Source of the DNA: Candidatus Dormiibacterota bacterium
GTDB taxonomy: Bacteria; Chloroflexota; Dormibacteria; Aeolococcales; Aeolococcaceae
Reading direction: 5' to 3'
Assembly: GCA_049283735.1 (NCBI GenBank)
Contig: JBAPWO010000138.1
Location: forward strand, 1-63,917
Length of the DNA: 63,917 nucleotides
A model generated the notes under the pieces. It saw nothing but the letters and a program-made list of their open reading frames with translations. It had not been told where the DNA came from and ran no database searches. Positions 36,697-44,995 of this stretch are shown here, in pieces. The first letter of the stretch is position 1. The number at the start of each line of letters is the position of its first letter. The position numbers and the translations under genes were made by a program.

Positions 36697-37711
36697 GGAC
36701 GAGGTGGCCGTGGTCGGCCGCCGGGACGGGGTGGCCGAGCGCCTCGTGGTCGCAGCCGGGCTTCACCTCGAGACCCTCGACATCAGTGGAGTCGATGTCG
36801 GCAGCGCCGGAGGCGTTGCCCGCGCCACGACCCAGTTGACGCGGGCCACCATCGCCGCGCGCCGGCTGCTGCGCCGGATGCGGCCCGACGTCGTCGTCGG
36901 CGTCGGGGGGTATGTGTCCGTCCCCGTGGTGGTGGCAGCGCTCGCCCAGCGCATCCCGGTGGTGTTGCTCGAGCAGAACGCGGTACCCGGCCGGGCGACC
37001 CGGATGCTCGCCCGTCGAGCCAGGGTCGTCGCCGCCTCGTTCGCGGAGACGGCGGCGCATCTTCCCCACGCCCGGGTCGTCCATACCGGCAACCCGGTTC
37101 GCGCCGAGATCCGCGCGATCACCGCCCGTCCCATCGGCGACCGGCTTCGCTCGATCCTCGTCACCGGTGGGTCCCAGGGCGCGAGGCGGCTCAATCGAGC
37201 CGTGGCCGGATGCATGGTCGAGCTGCTCAGCGCCGACCCGGAGCTGAGCATCGTCCACCAGTGCGGCAGCCTCGACTACGCCGCCGTGGAGCGCGCCGCC
37301 GCGGCGCTTCCCCCGCGGCTGGCCACCAGGTACACCGCCGGCGCCTTCTTCGACGACATGGCGGAGCGGATCGCGCAGAGCGATCTCGTGGTGATGCGGG
37401 CCGGGGGATCGTCGATCGCCGAGTGCGCGGCGCTCGGCCGCCCGATGATCGTGGTCCCGTACCCGCATGCCGGCGGGCATCAGCGCCACAACGCCGCCCC
37501 CTACGTCGCGGCAGGTGCCGCGATGCTCATCGACGACGCCGAATGCACCCCCGAGCGGCTCCGGGCCGAAATCACCGGGCTGGTCTCCGACCCGTCGCGG
37601 TGGCGATCGATGGCAGCCGCGAGCGCGGCCCTCGGCCTTCCGCACGCCACCGACTCGGTGATGCGGCTCATCGTCGAGGCAGCGGGGCCGACCCGGAGCC
37701 AAGCCGCCTGA
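36608..37711 (+). CDS. murG: UDP-GlcNAc:lipid I N-acetylglucosaminyltransferase
   Basis: GTG 36608 in track ORF 36521..37711. N-terminal G-loop GGGTGGHLTPALAV. Confidence 0.85.
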   Translation: MRTLIAGGGTGGHLTPALAVALALRSDRPEDEVAVVGRRDGVAERLVVAAGLHLETLDISGVDVGSAGGVARATTQLTRATIAARRLLRRMRPDVVVGVGGYVSVPVVVAALAQRIPVVLLEQNAVPGRATRMLARRARVVAASFAETAAHLPHARVVHTGNPVRAEIRAITARPIGDRLRSILVTGGSQGARRLNRAVAGCMVELLSADPELSIVHQCGSLDYAAVERAAAALPPRLATRYTAGAFFDDMAERIAQSDLVVMRAGGSSIAECAALGRPMIVVPYPHAGGHQRHNAAPYVAAGAAMLIDDAECTPERLRAEITGLVSDPSRWRSMAAASAALGLPHATDSVMRLIVEAAGPTRSQAA

Positions 37712-37713
37712 CG

Positions 37714-39114
37714 ATGCACGTGCACGTTCTCGGTATCTGCGGCTACGCGACCTTCGGCGCGGCAAACCTCGCCCGCGAGCGCGGCGACCTGGTGACCGGC
37801 TCCGACGACCACGCCTATCCGCCCATGAGCGATGCGGTGATCGCCGCCGGGATCGAATGGGAGAACCACAGCGACCCGGCCAATCTCGATCGGTGGGGTG
37901 TTCCCGATCTCGTCGTGGTCGGCAACCAGACGCGCCCGGCCAACCTCGAGCTCGAGGCCGTGCGCCGGCGCGGTATCCCGTGCGTCAGCGAGATCGAGTT
38001 CTACGTGGCCCTCGCCGGCGACCGCTCCCGGCTCACCGTCTGCGGCACCCACGGCAAGACCACCACGGCGGCGCTGCTGGCCCACATCCTCGATCGCGCT
38101 GGTTTGGATCCCGGCTTCCGTCTCGGCTCCACATCGCTCGACCTGGGTGGCACCTCGAGACTGGGCACCGGGCCGTTCGTGTTCGAGGGCGACGAGTACA
38201 CGTCGGCACCGTGGGATCCACGCCCGAAATTCCTGCACACCAGGCCGAACGGTGCGTGCGTCACCCGCCTGGAGCTGGATCACCCCGACGTCTACGCAAG
38301 CCTCGAGGCGTACCGCGCGCCGTTTGTCGAGCTGGCCGCGACCATGCCATCGGACGGGGTGCTCGCGCTCTGCGCGGACGACCCCGAATGCCTCGCCCTG
38401 CGCGACGCGGCGACCGCTGTTGCTGTCACCTATGGCACGAAGGCGGGGAGCGACTGGTTGATCCGGCATCCCCACGAGCAGGACGGCATGCAGCGCTTCC
38501 GCGTCGAGCGGAACGCCGGGGCACCGCTCGACGTGGTCCTCACGTTCCCCGGGCTCCACAACGCGCAGAACGCCTGCGCGGCGCTCATCCTCGCCGAGTT
38601 TGCCGGTGTCGACCCGGCGATCGCGATGGGCGCGTGCGCGGACTTCCGCGGGCCCGCGCGCCGATTTCAGATCCTCGGCGAGGTTGCGGGCGTGGCGGTC
38701 GTCGACGACTACGCGCACCATCCGACCGAGGTCGGCGCCGCGATCGACGCCGCGCGGGAGCGCTACCCGGGACGCCGCCTGATCGCCATACACACACCGC
38801 ACACCTACTCGCGCGTCAGCCGGCTGCTCGAGGATTACCGGCGCAGCTTCACCGGCGCCGACGTGGTGATCATCGGACCGATCGAGGAGGCCCGCGAGCG
38901 TGGCATGCCCAGGACCGTGTCGAGCCGGGACGTCGCCGATCGCGCCGGGCCGTCTGACGCCGTCCACGTGGCGGCATCGAGCGACGAGGCGCTCGACATG
39001 GTCACGCGGATCGCTCGGCCCGGTGATGTGCTCCTGGTGCTCTCCCTTGGGGGCTTCGACAAGCTGGCGCCGCGGCTCCGCGATGCCCTGGAGGCTCAGG
39101 GTGTCCGCAGGTGA
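37714..39114 (+). CDS. MurC/Mpl-family Mur ligase in the murC position, with Mpl-like signatures
   Basis: ATG 37714 in track ORF 37210..39114. HVLGICGYATFGAANLA...VTGSDDHAYPPMS, GTHGKTTT, FEGDEYTSAPWDPRPKFLHTRP, LELDHPDVY, DDYAHHPTEV. See findings. Confidence 0.8.
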   Translation: MHVHVLGICGYATFGAANLARERGDLVTGSDDHAYPPMSDAVIAAGIEWENHSDPANLDRWGVPDLVVVGNQTRPANLELEAVRRRGIPCVSEIEFYVALAGDRSRLTVCGTHGKTTTAALLAHILDRAGLDPGFRLGSTSLDLGGTSRLGTGPFVFEGDEYTSAPWDPRPKFLHTRPNGACVTRLELDHPDVYASLEAYRAPFVELAATMPSDGVLALCADDPECLALRDAATAVAVTYGTKAGSDWLIRHPHEQDGMQRFRVERNAGAPLDVVLTFPGLHNAQNACAALILAEFAGVDPAIAMGACADFRGPARRFQILGEVAGVAVVDDYAHHPTEVGAAIDAARERYPGRRLIAIHTPHTYSRVSRLLEDYRRSFTGADVVIIGPIEEARERGMPRTVSSRDVADRAGPSDAVHVAASSDEALDMVTRIARPGDVLLVLSLGGFDKLAPRLRDALEAQGVRR

Positions 39115-40021
39115 CTGGCTCGACACGTATCCGCGTGTGCTCGTCAACGAGCCTCTCGCGCGCCACAGTCAGTTCGGTGTCGGCGGTCCGGCGGACTGGT
39201 TCATCACCACCCGAGACGTCGCCGTGCTCGCTGAGCTGCTGCGCCGCTGCACCGCTTCCGGGATCTCGGTGACCATGGTCGGAGCAGGCAGCAACGCGCT
39301 CATCAGCGACTCGGGCATCCAGGGACTTGTGGTGCGCCACAACGATCGCCGCGTCCGGGTCGCCGATGCGCACACCATCGAGCTGGGCGGGGGCTGCATG
39401 ATGCCGCGCGTGGCACTCGACTGCGCGTCGCGCGGCCTTGCCGGACTCGAGTTCGGCATCGGCGTGCCGGGCACGTGCGCCGCAAGCGTGTTCGGCAACG
39501 CGGGCGCCTTCGGAACCGAGGTGGCTGACGTGCTGATCGACTGCACGTCGCTGAGTCCGAGCGGGGAGCCGCTGACACTCCCGGCGGCGGCGTGCGGCTT
39601 CAAGTACCGGCACTCCCGCTTCAAGGACGACCTTCGCGGCCATGCCATCGTCAGCGCGCGGCTGCGCGTCCATGAGGACGACCCCGACCGCGTTCGCGAG
39701 CGCACCGATTCGATCCAGGCGGAGCGCAAAGCGTCGCAGCCATACGGGATTCGCAGCCTCGGCAGCGTCTTCAAGAATCCGCCCGATGACCGGGCCGGGC
39801 GGCTCATCGAGGCGGCCGGCCTCAAGGGGCGACGATCCGGCGGTGCGCAGATCTCACCGAAACATGCGAACTTCATCGTCAACGTCGACCAGGCCACCGC
39901 CGCGGACGTCCTGAATCTCGTCCGCGTCGCGCACGACGCTGTCCACGAGCAATTCGGCGTCGATCTCGAGCGGGAGATCATCGTCCTCGGCGGACTGGAA
40001 CCGGGCGATCACCATGACTGA
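39101..40021 (+). CDS. murB: UDP-N-acetylenolpyruvoylglucosamine reductase
   Basis: GTG 39101 in track ORF 38900..40021, with a 14-nt overlap with the upstream gene. FAD-binding FGVGGPADWF and GAGSNALI. Confidence 0.85.
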   Translation: MSAGDWLDTYPRVLVNEPLARHSQFGVGGPADWFITTRDVAVLAELLRRCTASGISVTMVGAGSNALISDSGIQGLVVRHNDRRVRVADAHTIELGGGCMMPRVALDCASRGLAGLEFGIGVPGTCAASVFGNAGAFGTEVADVLIDCTSLSPSGEPLTLPAAACGFKYRHSRFKDDLRGHAIVSARLRVHEDDPDRVRERTDSIQAERKASQPYGIRSLGSVFKNPPDDRAGRLIEAAGLKGRRSGGAQISPKHANFIVNVDQATAADVLNLVRVAHDAVHEQFGVDLEREIIVLGGLEPGDHHD

Positions 40022-41207
40022 GCAGGTCAAGGTCGGCGTCTTCTTCGGCAGCCGGTCGGTCGAGCACGAGGTGTCGGTCATCACCGCGCAGCAGGCGATG
40101 GCGGCCATGCCCGCGGATCGCTTCGTGCCCGTACCCGTGTACATCGCGAAGTCGGGCGCGTGGTACACCGGCGACCCGTTGCTCCAGCTCGACCGCTACA
40201 AGGACATCGATCGGCTGATCGCGGCGTCGACGAGGGTCACCATGCGCCCCGACCCGTCCAGCGGCGGGGAGCTCATCGAGGTCGAAACCCGCCGCGGGCT
40301 GCTCGGAGGATCCGCTCGCACGGCGGCGCGCTTCGACGTTGCGATGCCGCTCGTGCACGGGTCCAACGGTGAGGACGGCACGCTCCAGGGCCTGTTCGAG
40401 CTGGCGGCACTGCCGTACTGCGGATGCGACGTCGTGTCGGCGGCGGTGAGCATGGACAAGCGCATGTCTCGAACCACGCTCCGCGGGGCGGGCATTCCCG
40501 TGCTCGACGACGTGATGGTCTCGCGCGCTCGCTGGCTCGAACACCCCGACGACGTTCGCGCGCGACTCGCGGAGCGTCCCGGATTCCCCATGTATGTGAA
40601 GCCGCGCCGCCTCGGGTCGAGCATCGGTGTGGCCCGTGTGGACGGTGACGCAGCGCTGCGCGATGCGCTCGAGGTCGCCTTCAGCTACGACACCTCGATT
40701 CTCGCCGAGCAGGCTCAGGACGGCAGCATCGAGGTCAATTGCTCCGTGCTCGGGTGGGGCGACGATGTTCGGGCGTCGGTATGCGAGCAACCCGTGAGCA
40801 GTGGCACGCTCAGCTATGCCGACAAATATCTGAGCGGCGCCAAGGGAAAGGGCGGTGCCAAGGCACCGGCGTCCGGGATGAAGAGCTCACAGCGAATCAT
40901 CCCCGCACCCATATCCGACTCGCTCACCAGCCGGATCCAGGACGCGGCGATTTCATCGTTTCGCGCCATCGGCGCCGCCGGCGTGACACGGGTCGACTTC
41001 CTGGTCTCGCCGGAGCGGGATTCCTTTGTCGTCAACGAGTTGAACACGCTCCCCGGCTCACTGTCCTTCTACCTCTGGGAAGCATCCGGACTGCGCTTCG
41101 ACGCCCTGCTCGTCCGCCTCATCGAGATGGCGATGGCGCGCCATCGCGAGCAGCAGGCAACCACATCGTCAATCGAGACGTGGCTGCTCACCGGCCGGCC
41201 GGGCTGA
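40014..41207 (+). CDS. ddl: D-alanine--D-alanine ligase family (ATP-grasp), long form with an internal Gly/Lys-rich insertion
   Basis: 397 aa, 8-nt overlap with murB. VGVFFGSRSVEHEVS, HGSNGEDGTLQG, NELNTLPG. Confidence 0.85.
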   Translation: MTEQVKVGVFFGSRSVEHEVSVITAQQAMAAMPADRFVPVPVYIAKSGAWYTGDPLLQLDRYKDIDRLIAASTRVTMRPDPSSGGELIEVETRRGLLGGSARTAARFDVAMPLVHGSNGEDGTLQGLFELAALPYCGCDVVSAAVSMDKRMSRTTLRGAGIPVLDDVMVSRARWLEHPDDVRARLAERPGFPMYVKPRRLGSSIGVARVDGDAALRDALEVAFSYDTSILAEQAQDGSIEVNCSVLGWGDDVRASVCEQPVSSGTLSYADKYLSGAKGKGGAKAPASGMKSSQRIIPAPISDSLTSRIQDAAISSFRAIGAAGVTRVDFLVSPERDSFVVNELNTLPGSLSFYLWEASGLRFDALLVRLIEMAMARHREQQATTSSIETWLLTGRPG

Positions 41208-41229
41208 GCTGCGACCTGCCGGGGATCGA

Positions 41230-42021
41230 GTGAGCATCGCCGGGGCCGCCGGAGAGATCCCGCGCGCGGCGTTGGAGCAGCGGGGCAACGGCCGGCCACT
41301 GTTGCTCCTCCACGGCTGGGGCGTGTCGTCCGAGCTCTTCGCCCCGATTCTCGACGGGCTGCAGGCGGGAAGCCGCCTGATCGTCCCCGACCTGCCCGGG
41401 TTCGGCGCCACGGCGGAGCCGGACGCTCCCTGGTCGGTGCACGAGTATGCCGCCTGGTGCATCGCGCTGCTCGACCGGCTTGGGGTCGACAGCTGCGACC
41501 TGGTCGGACATTCGAACGGCGGCCGGATCGGGATCGTCATCGCCGCCACGTACCCCGGACGGGTGCGGCGGATGGTGCTGACGGGAAGCGCCGGCCTCCG
41601 GCCGCGAAGGACGTTGCGCGGCGCCGCGCGGGTCCGATGGTACAAGGCGCTCCGAGCCCTGCAGCGGTCGGCGGTGATGCCCGAGGCGTTGCGCCGCGCT
41701 GCCGGCCGCAATGCCGACCAGCGCGGCTCCGCGGACTATCGCGCGGTGTCGGGGGTCATGCGCGGCACGCTCGTCCGCATCGTCAACGAAGACCTCCGAC
41801 CACTCCTTCCCACCCTCGACCTTCCGGTCCTGCTCATCTGGGGGGACCACGACACCGAGGCGCCGGTCGAGGACGGCCGGGTGATGGAGCGCCTCATCCC
41901 CGACGCCGGGCTGGTCGTGTTCGAGGGCGCGGGTCACTTCGCGTACCTCGAGCAGCCTGGACGCTTCTGCCGGATCGTCGGCGTCTTCCTGCGTGACCAG
42001 CTGGACGAGGGCTCGGCGTGA
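41230..42021 (+). CDS. Alpha/beta hydrolase embedded in the dcw cluster
   Basis: 263 aa, GTG start 22 nt after the ddl stop. HGWG oxyanion region, nucleophile elbow GHSNGG, and a C-terminal GAGHFAYLE (catalytic His region). Confidence 0.75.
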   Translation: MSIAGAAGEIPRAALEQRGNGRPLLLLHGWGVSSELFAPILDGLQAGSRLIVPDLPGFGATAEPDAPWSVHEYAAWCIALLDRLGVDSCDLVGHSNGGRIGIVIAATYPGRVRRMVLTGSAGLRPRRTLRGAARVRWYKALRALQRSAVMPEALRRAAGRNADQRGSADYRAVSGVMRGTLVRIVNEDLRPLLPTLDLPVLLIWGDHDTEAPVEDGRVMERLIPDAGLVVFEGAGHFAYLEQPGRFCRIVGVFLRDQLDEGSA

Positions 42022-43682
42022 GCCCGCTCGTCGGCCCGCTGGTCGCGCTTGCGGCGATCGTCTGGCTCATCCTCATCTTTCGGATCGTCCTCGTCGCGGC
42101 TCGGATGTTCCAGATCGAGGAGTACGAATCGGTTCGCTTTCTGCGCTGGGGGCTGACCCGCGAGTGGCTTGCCCATCGCGCGGTCTGGCTCGGTCTCCTG
42201 GTTGGAGCAGTGGGGCTCAGCGTCGCGGCCGTGCTCCCCGCGGCGCGACCGATCGGCATCGCGATCGCGTGGCTGGCGTCGGCCGCGGCGGCGCAGTTCA
42301 CGTGGCGATGGACGTCGCCCAAGCGACCGCTGGTGATGACCGCCCGGATGCGCCGCCTGCTCATCGCCGGCGGATTCCTCGCGGTGGTGCTCGCCGCCGG
42401 GCTTGCGCTCGGCATCGTCACCCTGCACCCGGTCATCTCCGCGATCCTCGTGCTGATCGCAGGCGGCGTGGTCACCGCCCTCAGCGAGATCCTCCTGGTT
42501 GCTGCCAATGTCGTCACCAAGCCGGCGGAGGCGCGGATCCGCCGCCACTATCTCGGGCTCGCCGCAGCGCGAATGAAGATCGTCGACCCGGTCGTCGTCG
42601 CCGTGGTCGGCAGCTTCGGCAAGACCAGCACCAAGCACATCCTCGCGCAGCTGCTGCAACCGAGTGTGAACACGCTGCCAACGCGAAAGAGCTTCAACAC
42701 GCTGATGGGCGTGACCCGGGTGATCAACGAGGATCTCACCCCCGGGCACCGGGTTTTCATCGTCGAGATGGACGCGTATGCGCAGGGCGAGATCGCGGCG
42801 ATGAGCGACCTCGTGCACCCGCGGATGGCGATCATCACCGCCATCGGCCCCCAGCACATGGAGCGCTTCGGCACCATCGAGCGAATCGCCGCCGCGATGT
42901 ATGAAGTCGCGAGCGCGCTGCCGGCCGATGGGACATTGATTGTGTACACCGGTGACCAGGCCGGCGCCGTGCTCGCAGCGCGGGCGCGGGCGGACCAGCG
43001 TCAGCTGATCCGCTATGCGCTCGCCGATGACGCCGAGACGGTGGACGCCGACGTCGTCGCGTCATCCATCCGGATCGATTCGCACGGTGGCGCATTCCGC
43101 TGGCGTTGGGACGCCGAGGGCCTCGACCGCGAGGTGACGATTCCGCTGCTCGGACGCCACCAGGTTGCCAACGTGAGCGCGGCGCTGGCCGCGGTCCGCA
43201 CGCTCGGGTATTCGATCGACGACGCGATCACCGCCGCCGCCTCACTCGAGCAGGTCGAGCACCGACTCCAGTTGATGGCCAGCGCAGGTCCGCTCACGGT
43301 GATCGACGACTCGTACAACGCCAACCCGGTCGGCGTCCACAACGGCCTGGAGGTGCTCGCCGCCATGAGCGGGGCTCAGAAATTCCTGGTCACGCCCGGG
43401 CTCGTCGAGCTGGGCAGCGTCGAGACCGAGGAGAACCGGCGCTATGGCGAGCACGCGGCGAAGGTGTGCGACCACGTGATCGTCATGTCCGCCAAGACGA
43501 GCGCGGCGCTGTGCGCCGGTTTGCGCGACGGCGGCATGAGCGAGGATCGTATTCACGTGGTCGAAACCCTCGACGAGGCGACGACGCTGCTCCGGCGGCT
43601 GTCGCGCCCCGGGGACGTCGTGCTCTTCGCCAACGATCTCCCCGACACATATCTGCCCGTGGCGCGCGCACCTCGCGCGTAG
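42018..43682 (+). CDS. MurF-type Mur ligase with an N-terminal polytopic membrane domain
   Basis: 554 aa, GTGA overlap with the hydrolase. aa 1-165 are about five hydrophobic helices. The P-loop GSFGKTST is at aa 198-205 (nt 42609). Then FNTLMGV, IVEMDA, ITAIGPQHMERFG, DDSYNANP. See findings. Confidence 0.75.
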   Translation: MSPLVGPLVALAAIVWLILIFRIVLVAARMFQIEEYESVRFLRWGLTREWLAHRAVWLGLLVGAVGLSVAAVLPAARPIGIAIAWLASAAAAQFTWRWTSPKRPLVMTARMRRLLIAGGFLAVVLAAGLALGIVTLHPVISAILVLIAGGVVTALSEILLVAANVVTKPAEARIRRHYLGLAAARMKIVDPVVVAVVGSFGKTSTKHILAQLLQPSVNTLPTRKSFNTLMGVTRVINEDLTPGHRVFIVEMDAYAQGEIAAMSDLVHPRMAIITAIGPQHMERFGTIERIAAAMYEVASALPADGTLIVYTGDQAGAVLAARARADQRQLIRYALADDAETVDADVVASSIRIDSHGGAFRWRWDAEGLDREVTIPLLGRHQVANVSAALAAVRTLGYSIDDAITAAASLEQVEHRLQLMASAGPLTVIDDSYNANPVGVHNGLEVLAAMSGAQKFLVTPGLVELGSVETEENRRYGEHAAKVCDHVIVMSAKTSAALCAGLRDGGMSEDRIHVVETLDEATTLLRRLSRPGDVVLFANDLPDTYLPVARAPRA

Positions 43683-43921
43683 AGCGGTCACGCCGGCTTC
43701 GCCTGGGAGATAATCGGCGCGGCCCGGGCGGCCATAGCGTCTCAGCACACGTCTCAGCCTGCGTATATGCAACGTCCTCACCGCACAAAGCACGCCCTGT
43801 GAGCACCGAGGTGCTCGACGAGCGCTCGCGCCATGTCGCTCTGGTTCGCGCCCAGGCGGCGCTCATCGCCGATTCGTCGCGCGCCGTGCGCCGTTTGGTG
43901 GTGAGCCCCGGAGCGAAGCTC

Positions 43922-44920
43922 ATGTCGTCGCCGCGCAAACGGCGTCACGCGCGCCGCGGCCCGCCGCCGCCGCCACAGGTGGCCCGGCGGCACACCTCCT
44001 GGAGACGGCGGCTGATCGCGGCCGCGGCGCTCACGGTGCAGGTCGGCCTCCTGGCACTGGCGCTGACGCTCCCGGGGTTCCAGGTGCGGCGGGTGACCGT
44101 GGTCGGCACCCACCTGCTCACCACCGGCGCCGTGGTCGCTGCGGCCGAGGTGCCCGAGCAGAGCATCTTCACGATCAACGGCGCGGCGATCCAGGGCCGC
44201 GTGCAGTCGCTGCCCTGGGTCGCCAGCGCGATGGTCACCACCGAGCTTCCCGCCACCGTGGAGATCTCGGTCGTCGAACGCGCGCCGATGCTCCGCATCC
44301 GCCGTGACGGCACCGACACGCTGATCGCCTCGGACGGAGCCACGCTTCCCGGGATCGATGCGACCCCGGCGGCGCGAAGCGGCATCCCGGTGCTGATCGA
44401 TGACCGCGCCGGGTCCGCGCAACCGATCGACCCCCTGCTGGTCCAGCTGCTCGGTTCCATCGCTCAACGCTTCCCGCCGGTCTTTGGCTGCCCGGTTGCC
44501 GCGTACCTCTGGGGGGCCGACGACGTGGTCAGCCTCTGGACGAGCACCGGATGGCGTGCGGTGCTGGGCCACCTCGACAACGAGGACGCCATGCGCGCTC
44601 TCCCCGCGCAGATCGAGACGCTGGCCGCCCTCAAGGGCCGGCTCAACTTCGTCAAGCCCACCTTCGGCTACGTCGACGTCGAGGCCCCCGCCTACCCGGT
44701 CAGCGGCGGCCACCCGGGCCTCCCGGCCGAGGTGACCGCAGCGCTCCTTCCGGTCGCACCCACGACCCAGCTGCCGCCGGCGGCGTCCGCCGTGGCTCCG
44801 CCCACGGCGCCGCCGACCCCCCGTCCGACCCCGACTCCGTCGCCGTCGCCGAGCGTCAGCCCGGCCTCTGGGATCACGCTGGTCACCCCGCCGGCGAGCA
44901 CGCCCACGGCGCCACCCTGA
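43922..44920 (+). CDS. ftsQ: Cell-division protein FtsQ (TM plus POTRA) with a Pro/Thr-rich C-terminal tail
   Basis: ATG 43922 (alternative GTG 43799) in track ORF 43106..44920. Basic N-terminus, TM helix LIAAAALTVQVGLLALALTL, POTRA-like FQVRRVTVVGTHLL. The tail is PPTAPPTPRPTPTPSPSPS. Confidence 0.7.
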   Translation: MSSPRKRRHARRGPPPPPQVARRHTSWRRRLIAAAALTVQVGLLALALTLPGFQVRRVTVVGTHLLTTGAVVAAAEVPEQSIFTINGAAIQGRVQSLPWVASAMVTTELPATVEISVVERAPMLRIRRDGTDTLIASDGATLPGIDATPAARSGIPVLIDDRAGSAQPIDPLLVQLLGSIAQRFPPVFGCPVAAYLWGADDVVSLWTSTGWRAVLGHLDNEDAMRALPAQIETLAALKGRLNFVKPTFGYVDVEAPAYPVSGGHPGLPAEVTAALLPVAPTTQLPPAASAVAPPTAPPTPRPTPTPSPSPSVSPASGITLVTPPASTPTAPP

Positions 44921-44925
44921 CCGCA

Positions 44926-44944
44926 CACGGGGGAATCCCCCGTG
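44926..44944 (+). terminator. GC-rich hairpin after ftsQ (8-bp stem, 3-nt loop)
   Basis: CACGGGGG-aat-CCCCCGTG, read directly, 6 nt after the ftsQ stop. There is no U-tract. Confidence 0.45.
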
Positions 44945-44977
44945 AACCCCCTGTCTTTCACACGGGAATCTCCGGTG

Positions 44978-44995
44978 ACGCCCCTGTCGGGGTGT
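44978..44995 (-). terminator. Hairpin adjacent to the metF stop (7-bp stem including one G-U pair)
   Basis: acgCCCCtgtcGGGGtgt, read directly, between the convergent ftsQ and metF. Confidence 0.35.

Noticed and set aside
43106-43921. N-terminal extension of the ftsQ ORF, which would give a 604-aa protein overlapping the MurF-like gene
   Set aside because: It overlaps the well-supported ligase gene in another frame and is Arg/Gly-rich. The FtsQ features (basic N-terminus, TM helix, POTRA) begin after ATG 43922 or GTG 43799.
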